Below are positions 50,429-60,140 of a DNA stretch of 64,000 nt, one piece after another (the first letter of the stretch is position 1; every line of letters begins with the position of its first letter). This stretch comes from Bacillales bacterium UBA5455 (GTDB lineage: Bacteria; Bacillota_I; Bacilli_A; RFN20; CAG-826): positions 67,758-131,757 of the forward strand of contig DIQT01000007.1 of the NCBI GenBank assembly GCA_002427365.1, in the 5' to 3' direction. The position numbers and the translations under genes were made by a program. The notes under the pieces are model-generated. The model did no database searches, was not told where the DNA came from, and saw only the letters and a program-made list of their open reading frames with translations.

Positions 50429-52156
50429 ATGAGTAAAGAAACACAAAAAAAAATCGAAGGAAATAAATCCAAACAAATCGAAAAAACTTTTGAAAAAAGG
50501 AACCTTAAACTTCGAACGAGAATTTATAACGATATGATTCGGCGCCAAAAGCTAAATGTTAAGAAACTTAAGACGGCGCCAGAAAATGCTTTTATTTCAC
50601 TAAAAAATGTTAATAAAATTTATGATAATAAAGTGCAAGCTGTTTACGATTTCAACTTAGACATTAAAGAACACGAATTTATCGTTTTAGTTGGTCCATC
50701 GGGTTGTGGAAAATCAACAACCTTACGGATGATTGCAGGTTTAGAAGATATTACATATGGTGATTTATTCATTGATGGTGTTTTCGCTAATGACCTCCAT
50801 CCTAAAGACCGTGATTTAGCGATGGTTTTTCAATCATATGCGTTATATCCTCATATGAACGTTCGAAACAACATGGCGTTTGGTATTAAAATTAGAAAAG
50901 TACCAACGCTTAAAGTTGATGAAAAAGGCCAACCATTATTAGGAAAAAACAAAAAACTAATTGCGCGGTTAAAAAAACAAAGTAACAGTTTAAAGAAAAA
51001 TGCTCGTTTATCAGAAAACGAAGAAGAACTAAAAGAAGTTAATAGTCAAATTTCTGAATTACAAGCGGCAATTAATTACTTGGAAAATAATGATGTTGAA
51101 ATTTATGAAGAAAAACACGTTTCAAAAGATGAAATTAAAAATCGGGTTGATGAAGCGGCAAAGATTTTACAAATTGATGAATATTTAAATCGGTTGCCGA
51201 AAACACTCTCCGGCGGTCAAAAACAACGGGTTGCGTTAGGTCGGGCAATTGTGCGGAATGCCAAAGTTTTCTTGATGGATGAACCGCTATCAAATTTAGA
51301 TGCTAAATTACGAATTACGATGCGAAGTGAAATTGTTCGCCTTCATAATCAACTTAAGGCCACAACGATTTATGTTACCCACGACCAAACAGAAGCAATG
51401 ACGATGGCAACACGAATTGTTGTTATGAATCAAGGTTATATTCAACAAATTGGCACGCCAAGCGAAATTTATAATAAGCCTGCGAATTTGTTTGTGGCAA
51501 CATTTGTTGGTGCGCCAGCGATGAATTTGTTTAAAGTAAAACAAGGCAAAGATTATGTTGTTTTTGAAAACGGATTTGAGCTGAAGCTTAATAAAGAAGT
51601 TAATGAATTAGTTAAAAAGTTTTATCAAAATGAAAAGCAATATCAAAGCGATAAACTTGCAAAAATTGATGCCGCCTTTATTGAACGAACCGAACAGCTT
51701 AAAGAAATTGCTAATATAAAAGAAAAACTTGGTGAAAAAAATTCTTTAACTGATCAAGAAAAACTTAAAAAAGAATTAATAGACGCAGAAAACAATTTAT
51801 TAATTTTAGAACAAGCTAATGAAGCTCGTGCTTATTGTTTAGAAATGAATAAACAACTTGCTGAAGTTAATGTTAATGAACCCGTCAATTTAATTTTTGG
51901 AATTCGTCCAGAAGACATTTATACTAATAAACGTATTTTAACTGATGGCGCTGTGTCGAGTGAAGTTAGCCTGCCAATTACATTCGCAGAACTACTTGGA
52001 AAAGAATATTATATTCATACCGAGTTTGCAGACAAAAATTTAATCGCTAAAGTTTATGCCCAGGATCAAGTTGAAATTGGCGGTAAGATCGAATTAGTTT
52101 TTGATTTAGATAAATGTCATGTTTTTGATCCGATCACGCAAAAAATTATTTTTTAG
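50429..52156 (+). CDS. sugar ABC transporter ATP-binding protein (MalK/MsmK-type) with an N-terminal extension and two long coiled-coil insertions
   Basis: Walker [10 protein letters not shown], signature [15 protein letters not shown], Walker [14 protein letters not shown]. ~80 aa charged insert between Q-loop and signature, and a second insert in the C-terminal regulatory domain. Confidence 0.8.
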   Translation: MSKETQKKIEGNKSKQIEKTFEKRNLKLRTRIYNDMIRRQKLNVKKLKTAPENAFISLKNVNKIYDNKVQAVYDFNLDIKEHEFIVLVGPSGCGKSTTLRMIAGLEDITYGDLFIDGVFANDLHPKDRDLAMVFQSYALYPHMNVRNNMAFGIKIRKVPTLKVDEKGQPLLGKNKKLIARLKKQSNSLKKNARLSENEEELKEVNSQISELQAAINYLENNDVEIYEEKHVSKDEIKNRVDEAAKILQIDEYLNRLPKTLSGGQKQRVALGRAIVRNAKVFLMDEPLSNLDAKLRITMRSEIVRLHNQLKATTIYVTHDQTEAMTMATRIVVMNQGYIQQIGTPSEIYNKPANLFVATFVGAPAMNLFKVKQGKDYVVFENGFELKLNKEVNELVKKFYQNEKQYQSDKLAKIDAAFIERTEQLKEIANIKEKLGEKNSLTDQEKLKKELIDAENNLLILEQANEARAYCLEMNKQLAEVNVNEPVNLIFGIRPEDIYTNKRILTDGAVSSEVSLPITFAELLGKEYYIHTEFADKNLIAKVYAQDQVEIGGKIELVFDLDKCHVFDPITQKIIF

Positions 52157-52164
52157 AGGCTAGT

Positions 52165-53430
52165 ATGGAAAAAATAGCGCAACTAATTTATCAAGACGAT
52201 GTGCGCGTATCATTTGGTCGGCGCGTTAGTGCTACCTTAATTGATATGTTAATTTTTTCAATTATTGTCTTTTTAACAATGATTAGTGGAACCGCTATTT
52301 TAAAGAGCCAAGAATATTATCAAACCCGCAGTCAAATTATTGAAGAAAAACGAATTGCCCTTTATCAAATTGAAGAAGAAGCAAAAGTTTATGAATTTGT
52401 TGACAATGAAGATGGTCGTTATTTATCACCACGTCCACAGAGCGAGACTTTTGAAGATTATTTACTGCAACACATTCTTCTTGCTTATTCAAAAAATTCC
52501 AATCCATTTACAAATTTAGGATTAACGATCGAAAATCCGAAAAATTTACTCCCTGCTAGTTATGAAAATGATCAAATTGCGTATTTTTACGCTCGTTATG
52601 TCCCCTTATACAATAATTTTCAAGGTCGTAATAATGATATTGTTGATTTAGGCGGACTTTCGGGGGAAGCTTATTTTTATAAACAACTGAAAGCCCATTC
52701 TAGCGATGTATCTTTTTGGAGTTTTTCAGAGGACACAACTGATTTCCCTTATTTATCAAGCGCTTTTGCGGCTGATTTATACAAATATTTAAAAAGTGAT
52801 AATAGTTATCAAATTGGTTTAAGTAACTACAATCGGTTGGGGTTAGTATTTCAAAGTATTTGGAAAGAAGAAGCCAATTTAATTGTTAATTCAGGCCGTT
52901 TTCAAGATGAATACAAAATATATTTAAGTAACTACGAAGATTTAGCGATTACTGTAAGTATTATCGTCTCACTTGGCTTTTTATTAACTTGGTTACTAAC
53001 GATTTTATTACCAATGCTCATTTTTAAAAATGGTGAAACTTTTGGAAAGAAAATTTTAAATTTACGTATTGTTGATGTTGAAGGTTACCCGTTATCTACT
53101 AGCAAAAAGATTGGTCATATTATTTTTTCGTTCTTTTTAACTATTGGTTGGACAGCCATACCTGCATATTTTGCGGGCGGCGCAAATTCTGGACTAATGT
53201 TTCCGTTTATGAAAATTGGTAATATATCGTTATCTATTTTCCATTTATTAGCTTTTTCATTGCTCTTCTTTATTGTTAACGCCTTTCTTGCTATTTTTTC
53301 ACGTGCGCAAACCGGCGTTAACATGATGTTAAAAACGGCGCTTATTGATTATCGTTATCACGTAGAAGTTAAAGATGTAGTTGAATTAGACGTTGATAAA
53401 AATAGCGAAGAAACAAATCACCAAAATTAA
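52165..53430 (+). CDS. RDD-family membrane protein with a large soluble loop
   Basis: RDD-like motifs (GRRVSATLIDMLIF; GKKILNLRIVDVEG) and several TM helices. Confidence 0.5.
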   Translation: MEKIAQLIYQDDVRVSFGRRVSATLIDMLIFSIIVFLTMISGTAILKSQEYYQTRSQIIEEKRIALYQIEEEAKVYEFVDNEDGRYLSPRPQSETFEDYLLQHILLAYSKNSNPFTNLGLTIENPKNLLPASYENDQIAYFYARYVPLYNNFQGRNNDIVDLGGLSGEAYFYKQLKAHSSDVSFWSFSEDTTDFPYLSSAFAADLYKYLKSDNSYQIGLSNYNRLGLVFQSIWKEEANLIVNSGRFQDEYKIYLSNYEDLAITVSIIVSLGFLLTWLLTILLPMLIFKNGETFGKKILNLRIVDVEGYPLSTSKKIGHIIFSFFLTIGWTAIPAYFAGGANSGLMFPFMKIGNISLSIFHLLAFSLLFFIVNAFLAIFSRAQTGVNMMLKTALIDYRYHVEVKDVVELDVDKNSEETNHQN

Positions 53431-54296
53431 TTTTTATTGTCTGACGCCTGATTATATCGTGACGGTGGAACGCCATAATATTGAGAAAATTGTTTCGAAA
53501 AATAAAATTGATTTTTATAACCAACCGCGAATGCAATCTGGCTAATTGAGAATGATTCTTTCGCTAATAATTGAACAGCGCGTCGCATGCGAAGTTGAAT
53601 AACATAATCAATTGGACTAATTGACATCACTTCTTTAAAAAGTCGACTAATATAGGCTGGTGAGAAATAGAAGTGACTAGCAACCTTACTAATTGTTAAA
53701 TTACTATTCGTGAAGTTGTTATCAATGTATTCCTTAATCTTCTTAACGTTACATTCGCTTGTTAAAGAACCATCAACTGTTGATTTTCTTTCAAAGTTAC
53801 GAAGCAAATAACTAAATATTTTCATCAGTTCACTTGTAATGCGTAGTGTCTCAGCGGTCATGTTTGTTTCTTGCTGATCATTATCAAAAATTTTATAAAA
53901 GCATGTAGTAATTTCCTTATAATCTTCGACATGTAAAATTTGATTAGGAGAAGGAAAATTAATTCGACGGAAAATTTTATTTGTAAGTTCTCCTGTTAAT
54001 TCAATCCAAAAATATGTCCACGGGAAATCAGGGTCAGGCCGGTATGTTACACGCTGGGTTGGACTAATAACAAAAAAGTCGCCTGCGGTTAAAATTGTTT
54101 CTTTTCCATCGTCATAAGAAACATAACCAGCTCCGTCAACAATAAGGTGAAAAACAAACAAAGGTTTATTAAGTATAATTGCTGGCTTGTAACGATTACA
54201 CACCTCATAACCGATAACAGTCGGACTTAAATCCATATTTAATTCATCAGTAATCAACTTAAAACTTAGTGTTTGTTGCTTTAGTGGGTTTTTCAT
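53427..54296 (-). CDS. AraC-family regulator (cupin + HTH), divergent from the ABC permease operon
   Basis: Start set to ATG 54296 (MKNPLKQQ) behind AAGGAGGG. C-terminal AraC dual HTH. Confidence 0.75.
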   Translation of the reverse strand: MKNPLKQQTLSFKLITDELNMDLSPTVIGYEVCNRYKPAIILNKPLFVFHLIVDGAGYVSYDDGKETILTAGDFFVISPTQRVTYRPDPDFPWTYFWIELTGELTNKIFRRINFPSPNQILHVEDYKEITTCFYKIFDNDQQETNMTAETLRITSELMKIFSYLLRNFERKSTVDGSLTSECNVKKIKEYIDNNFTNSNLTISKVASHFYFSPAYISRLFKEVMSISPIDYVIQLRMRRAVQLLAKESFSISQIAFAVGYKNQFYFSKQFSQYYGVPPSRYNQASDNKN

Positions 54297-54447
54297 TAAA
54301 ATACCCTCCTTTACTAAAAAATGTATATTTATATCCCCGTTTGTTGGCCTTTTAAGAACAAATATCAAATTAATATATATTATTATCACAAAATTCTATG
54401 TAAAAATCAAACTTAAAAAACTAAAATGAAAGCGCTTAGGAAAACTT

Positions 54448-55443
54448 ATGAATAATTATCAAACACCAGCAGCGATGAATTTGCAAACTTTGAATATTGC
54501 AAAGATATCACGCCAACCACAAAAAAGATCTTGGGCGTCCAAAATTGGGCTAATTCTCTTTTTGATGACACTCCCAACCGTGATATATATATTCGTTTTT
54601 CATTACTTACCAATTGGCGGATTAATTATTGCTTTTAAAGATTATTCTTCATTTCGTGGAATATTTAGTTCACCATGGACATCAATGGGCGGATTTCAAC
54701 ACTTTTATAATTTCTTAACTTCACCAAACTTTTGGGTAATTATTAAAAACACATTAGTTTTATCGTTAACCTCAATTATCGTTAATACATTAGCGCCAAT
54801 AATATTCGCGTTATTACTTAATGAAGTTAAGCCGAAGAAGTATAAAAGGCTTGTTCAAACAATTATGTATGCTCCGTATTTTATTTCTGTAACTGTTTTA
54901 GTTGGTATGTTGTTTGCGTTCTTTAATATCGACAGCGGTATTTTCACCCGCTTATTACAATTTTTTGGGATGAATCTAAGCAATTTAATGGAAAACCCGG
55001 ATTATTTCGCAATGATTTATGTCGTTTCGGGTTTATGGCAAGGATTAGGCTGGTGGTCAATTGTTTATATGGGAAACCTAGCAAATATTGATCCAAACTT
55101 ACATGACGCCGCCATAATTGATGGGGCGGGCCGGTTACGGCGCATTATTTATATTAATTTACCCGCAATTATTCCGTTAGCAGTAATTATGTTTATCATG
55201 TCGATTGGTAATGTTTTAACAGTTGGTTTTGAAAAGGTGTATTTGATGCAACTAGCAACAAATCTCTCAAAATCCGAAATTATATCAACATACGTTTACC
55301 GTGTATCATTTCCTGATTTTGGTGGAATTCCCCAATTCTCGTACGCAACGGCAATTGGTTTATTCAATTCGCTTATTAACATTATCATTCTTATTGGAGC
55401 GAATAGTATCTCAAAGAAACTATCCGATAATTCCTTGTGGTAG
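54448..55443 (+). CDS. sugar ABC transporter permease (LplB/MalF-like)
   Basis: 6 TM helices with EAA-like loop. Polysaccharide-type LplB/YteP family pattern. Confidence 0.8.
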   Translation: MNNYQTPAAMNLQTLNIAKISRQPQKRSWASKIGLILFLMTLPTVIYIFVFHYLPIGGLIIAFKDYSSFRGIFSSPWTSMGGFQHFYNFLTSPNFWVIIKNTLVLSLTSIIVNTLAPIIFALLLNEVKPKKYKRLVQTIMYAPYFISVTVLVGMLFAFFNIDSGIFTRLLQFFGMNLSNLMENPDYFAMIYVVSGLWQGLGWWSIVYMGNLANIDPNLHDAAIIDGAGRLRRIIYINLPAIIPLAVIMFIMSIGNVLTVGFEKVYLMQLATNLSKSEIISTYVYRVSFPDFGGIPQFSYATAIGLFNSLINIIILIGANSISKKLSDNSLW

Positions 55444-55452
55444 GAGGTCGCT

Positions 55453-56316
55453 ATGGGCTGGAAACATAAAGGTGCAAACCGTGCCTTTGACATCTTCATT
55501 ATTATCTTAGTTGGCTTTATTGCTTTGATGTTTCTTTTACCATTATTACATGTTTTAGCCGCTTCCTTTTCGAGTGCCGATCAAGTTGTCGCTGGCAATG
55601 TTGGATTATTTCCAGTGCAATTTAGTTTAGAAGGATATAAATATATTTTTAAAGAAAAGATGATTTGGACCGGCTTTCGTAATTCGCTAATTTATACAGT
55701 TGTCGGGACGATTATTCAAGTCGCATGTCAATTCTTATGTGCATATCCATTATCACGGCCTGATTTTAAAGGCCGAAAAGTAATAAATATTTTCTTAGTT
55801 TTAACGATGTTTATTGGTGGCGGAATGATTCCAACATATTTATTAGTTACCGGTTTAGGTTTATATGACTCAATGTGGGCAATTATTTTACCAGGTGTCG
55901 TATCGGTATTTAATATCATCGTTATTCGGACTTATATGCAATCATCAATTGGTACAGAAGTTCAAGAAGCAGCAATGATTGATGGGTGTGGCGATTGGCG
56001 AATTTTCACACGGATTATTTTGCCATTATGCCGCCCAATAATTGCGGTCATGATTTTATATGGTGTTGTTGGCTTTTGGAATTCTTATTTTAACGCGTTG
56101 ATGTATATCCAAGACACATCATTATATCCACTTCAAAATGTTTTAAATTCAATTTTGATTTCAAATGAAGCCGCTCTTGGTGGCGGTGATGTTAATTTAG
56201 CCGAACAACTTAAATATGTGACGATTGTTATCTCGAGCTTACCACTACTCATTATTTATCCATTCTTCCAAAAATACTTTGAAAAGGGCGTCACTATTGG
56301 TGGCGTAAAAGGTTAA
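55453..56316 (+). CDS. sugar ABC transporter permease (LplC/MalG-like)
   Basis: 287 aa, 6 TM, EAA motif region (EAAMIDGCGDWRIFTRIILP). Confidence 0.8.
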   Translation: MGWKHKGANRAFDIFIIILVGFIALMFLLPLLHVLAASFSSADQVVAGNVGLFPVQFSLEGYKYIFKEKMIWTGFRNSLIYTVVGTIIQVACQFLCAYPLSRPDFKGRKVINIFLVLTMFIGGGMIPTYLLVTGLGLYDSMWAIILPGVVSVFNIIVIRTYMQSSIGTEVQEAAMIDGCGDWRIFTRIILPLCRPIIAVMILYGVVGFWNSYFNALMYIQDTSLYPLQNVLNSILISNEAALGGGDVNLAEQLKYVTIVISSLPLLIIYPFFQKYFEKGVTIGGVKG

Positions 56317-56318
56317 GC

Positions 56319-58052
56319 ATGAATATGAAAATTAATAAAAATCTTACCATCATGGGTTTATTAACTATTGTAACGTTATCACTTGTTGGTTGTGGTAAAG
56401 CTGGCAATGAATATGATCAAGATAATTTTCTTCCAAACGGAACAGAAGATAATCCTTATCGAATTGTTAAAGAGCCAGTGACAATTAATATTTTTGCTCC
56501 CCATAGTAGTGGAAACCCCGCTTACGCTGATTTAACAATGTTTAAACATTTATCCGAAGTAACGGGCTTAAATTTTTCCTTTAATACACCTGATACATCA
56601 GCGTATGTTAACCAACGAGCCGCGATTTGGGAAGTTGGTAGTCGAGTACCAGATTTATTCTTGTTTAATAACGCTGTTTCTGAACAAGTTCAATTTATGG
56701 AAAATAAATATAATGCGTATGTTCCTTTTAATGACGACAATTATTCATATCGTGTCAGCGGGCACACTATTAACGTTGGTAATTTAATTAAAAATTATAT
56801 GCCTAACTATAAAGAAGGTTTAGAAAACAATTTTGGTATTGATCTAGCAAAAGAAGACGCGGTCGCAATTGCAACTTTATCAGATGGAAAAATGTATTCC
56901 GCTTTATCAGTAAAAGATGTTCCGCGGGATTTAACTTATAAAATGTTTATTAATCAACAATGGATTGATAACTTAAATAATTTTTATGGCTTAGGACTTC
57001 CAAATGCTGATGAAATTAAAACGATTGAACAATATCTTAGTGTCTTACGCGCTTTCAAACAATATGACGCGAATGATAATGGCGATCCAAATGATGAAAT
57101 TCCATTATCTTCAAAAGCGCTTGAATTTTTACGTAACTTTATTTTAGCTAGTTATGGGTATGTTAGCCAAGGTGCCGAAATAACTGAAGATGGAAGTGCC
57201 TTTGTTTATGTTCCGTATCAAGAAGCATACCGGAAATACTTACAAACATTAAATACATTATGGAAAGAAGAAATTCTCCATAATTCGACCTTTTCAATTA
57301 CGACCGATAATCAACTAGCAACATATGGTAATAAGAATCGATTAGGTTCATTTGTGTCAGCGGCGGCGTATTTAACAGTTGGTTACGCTAATGAAAAGGA
57401 TTATGTTACGTTTGGTCCACTAACGTCTAGCTATTATACTGGCACTCCACTTCATTTGGGATTTGGTTCGTTTATTCCTGATGGTGCAGTTATTACGCAG
57501 TCCTCAATCTATCCGCGTGAAGTTGCGCGTTTGCTTGATATTATGTATAGCGATTTAGGTGCACAACTTATTTCTTATGGTGTCGAAGGTCAAGATTGGA
57601 CTTGGGATGATGATAGCAAAACATCATGGACATTTAATGTTCCTTCTTCGTGGAGTGGTAATCAAGAACAATACCGCGCAACAATTACGCCGAACGTTGG
57701 TAGCGCTTCAGCATTATATTGGTCAAACAGTTTTGTTGGCAAGATGAATGATGAAATTATTACATCTTTAAATAGAATGTCAGAAATCTATGTTCCTTAT
57801 TTAAAAAATCCTGAACCATATGAAATTAAAATGAATTCAAAAGAATATGCTGAAATTACGCGGATTAAAGCAGCGCTTGATCCCCAACTTAAATACTTAG
57901 AAGCTTCATATGTTCGTGGTGATGATGGGGCTGATCCTTTTAATGAAGCGAGTTGGGAGTCATTCAAAAGCAAACTTAGTGGTTATGGTGCAGACATTCT
58001 AATTAATAATTATAACAATGCTTTATTACTGTATAAGGAGAGTAAATCATGA
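56319..58052 (+). CDS. extracellular solute-binding lipoprotein (LplA-type, family 1 SBP)
   Basis: Signal peptide + lipobox LVGCGK. 577 aa LplA/YtcQ-like oligosaccharide-binding protein. Confidence 0.8.
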   Translation: MNMKINKNLTIMGLLTIVTLSLVGCGKAGNEYDQDNFLPNGTEDNPYRIVKEPVTINIFAPHSSGNPAYADLTMFKHLSEVTGLNFSFNTPDTSAYVNQRAAIWEVGSRVPDLFLFNNAVSEQVQFMENKYNAYVPFNDDNYSYRVSGHTINVGNLIKNYMPNYKEGLENNFGIDLAKEDAVAIATLSDGKMYSALSVKDVPRDLTYKMFINQQWIDNLNNFYGLGLPNADEIKTIEQYLSVLRAFKQYDANDNGDPNDEIPLSSKALEFLRNFILASYGYVSQGAEITEDGSAFVYVPYQEAYRKYLQTLNTLWKEEILHNSTFSITTDNQLATYGNKNRLGSFVSAAAYLTVGYANEKDYVTFGPLTSSYYTGTPLHLGFGSFIPDGAVITQSSIYPREVARLLDIMYSDLGAQLISYGVEGQDWTWDDDSKTSWTFNVPSSWSGNQEQYRATITPNVGSASALYWSNSFVGKMNDEIITSLNRMSEIYVPYLKNPEPYEIKMNSKEYAEITRIKAALDPQLKYLEASYVRGDDGADPFNEASWESFKSKLSGYGADILINNYNNALLLYKESKS

Positions 58053-60139
58053 AAAAACATTTGTTTATTGCAGTTCTAGGGACATTATTGCTTACGAGTT
58101 GTGGAAAAACTCCATCAGAAAGCCTTGATTCAAGTTTACCGACAAGTGAAGAACCTAGCAGTGAAACTATTAATAGTAGTGACGGTAGTGAAAAATTAAG
58201 TGAAGAAACAAGTGAAAAAGTAAGCGAAGATGAAAGTGAATTAATTAGTTCAGAAAGTAGCGAAGAAATTAACTATATGGAACAAAACGAATATTTAGAC
58301 GCTTTAAAACAATCTCCATATCAAAGCCCGCTTATTGTGGAAGATCAACTAGGTTTAACTACGCCGAGTATTGTTGGCGCAAACGAAGATCAACTTATCA
58401 ATGAAGAACGCTATCCAAGCGCAACTGAAGGTACTATTTATTTAGCAGAAGATTATGACATAATTCCAAACGGAATGAATAATGCTGGTAATTTATCAAT
58501 TTTATTAAAAAATATTAGTAGTGTTTCTGGTAATAAAATTATTAAATTTCAAAATGCGACATATATTTTTACGGGAAAAGTTGATGTAACAGGTATTAAA
58601 GACTTATATCTTGTTGGTGAAGAAAACACAATGTTTTTATATAGTGGCTGGGGAACGTATTTCGAAGCCACTTTATCAGAAAACATTCATTTAAATAACA
58701 TTCAATTTGACATGAAATATTCCCCAACAATTAGCGGGACAATTGTTGCTTTTCAAGATGATGCTAATGCGCCTAAAATAACATTGTCAATACCTAATGA
58801 ATTTGATTTAACGAATACGCTTTATCAAAACTGGGATGGGTATGCATGTTCTTATATGGAAACGTATTTAGACGCTAATAGCGGAAGATATGTCCCTGAT
58901 CCAAACAAAAATCTCTTTTATAACTCGCCTTCAAGTGCAAGTTATAAAGGTGTAACAAACGTTAATTATAACGCGAGCACACGACAATTAGTTATTACGC
59001 TTAATAAGTCATTTCCGTTTGCAACATTTAAAGTTCCGGCTTTAGGAACAAATGTTTCTTTTGCATTCACAATGTATGATAACCACGGATTCCGTTTTCT
59101 GGATTGCAAAAAAGTTTTCTTTGAAAATATTAATGTTTATGTTACCGGAGGAATGGGACTTAGAATTGAACGTGGCGCTGACATTTATCTTAACCGGACA
59201 AACTTTAAGATTAAAGAAGGTTCAGCGCGCATTATGACCGCAACCGCAGATATCATTCACACAATCGCATTGGAAGGGGATTTAAAAATAAGCAACTCAA
59301 TTATTGAAGCTAGTCATGATGATGGGTTAAATATTAAAACTTTTTATACAAGAATTAGTGATGTTATCCCTGCAAGTCGCGAAATAACAGTTGTTCAAAC
59401 CCAAAATGAAGTAAGTATTCCGTTTGCAGTTGGTGATACGCTTGATGTTTACGATCCAAAAACCATGGGTTTTGTCGATACATTTGTTATTGAAAGTCTT
59501 ACAAAAGTTGGAACCGGTTATCGTTTATATGTTGATAAACGACCAAGCCGTGATCTCATTGATCTTAATGCGGGTAACGCGACAAAAGTAACGAAGTTAA
59601 AACTAGAAAATTGTTTAATTCAACATAAACGAAATCGGGGTATTTTATTACAAACGCGTGATTCAGAAATTGTTAATTGTACATTCCGAAATGTTGTTAT
59701 GGGAGCGGTTCAAATTTTATCGGTTACTGACCAATTTAGAGAAGCAATTGTCCCACGCAATATTAAATTAACAAATAATAAGTTTTTAAATAATCGAGGC
59801 GGTGATGTTAGCATTTTCACTTATGGTTCACAAGGTCCAAATGCTGCTGTTCCTGGCACTCTTCAAAATGTTGAAGTTACAAACAACTTTTTTGCAAATA
59901 ATCCAAGCGTCCCGATTAATTTACGGGGTACAAGCGAGATTAATTTCGCACATAATTTGTTTTACTTTACGAATATTAGGAGCGCTACTCTGATTAATGT
60001 TATTAACTCATTAGATAATACTTTAAGTGAAAATGTCGCGTTCTTTAATAGTGGAAATTATAGCGATGTAAATTTTGTCTCACTAACAAACTCAACGAAT
60101 GTTGTCTCATCTAATAATCGAATCACGGGAGGAAACTAA
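58049..60139 (+). CDS. surface lipoprotein with right-handed parallel beta-helix (pectate-lyase-like fold); candidate polysaccharide-degrading enzyme
   Basis: Lipobox LTSCGK, S/E-rich linker, PbH1-like repeats, conserved TATADIIH and SHDDGLN segments. Paralogous to the next gene. Confidence 0.65.
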   Translation: MKKHLFIAVLGTLLLTSCGKTPSESLDSSLPTSEEPSSETINSSDGSEKLSEETSEKVSEDESELISSESSEEINYMEQNEYLDALKQSPYQSPLIVEDQLGLTTPSIVGANEDQLINEERYPSATEGTIYLAEDYDIIPNGMNNAGNLSILLKNISSVSGNKIIKFQNATYIFTGKVDVTGIKDLYLVGEENTMFLYSGWGTYFEATLSENIHLNNIQFDMKYSPTISGTIVAFQDDANAPKITLSIPNEFDLTNTLYQNWDGYACSYMETYLDANSGRYVPDPNKNLFYNSPSSASYKGVTNVNYNASTRQLVITLNKSFPFATFKVPALGTNVSFAFTMYDNHGFRFLDCKKVFFENINVYVTGGMGLRIERGADIYLNRTNFKIKEGSARIMTATADIIHTIALEGDLKISNSIIEASHDDGLNIKTFYTRISDVIPASREITVVQTQNEVSIPFAVGDTLDVYDPKTMGFVDTFVIESLTKVGTGYRLYVDKRPSRDLIDLNAGNATKVTKLKLENCLIQHKRNRGILLQTRDSEIVNCTFRNVVMGAVQILSVTDQFREAIVPRNIKLTNNKFLNNRGGDVSIFTYGSQGPNAAVPGTLQNVEVTNNFFANNPSVPINLRGTSEINFAHNLFYFTNIRSATLINVINSLDNTLSENVAFFNSGNYSDVNFVSLTNSTNVVSSNNRITGGN

Positions 60140-60140
60140 G

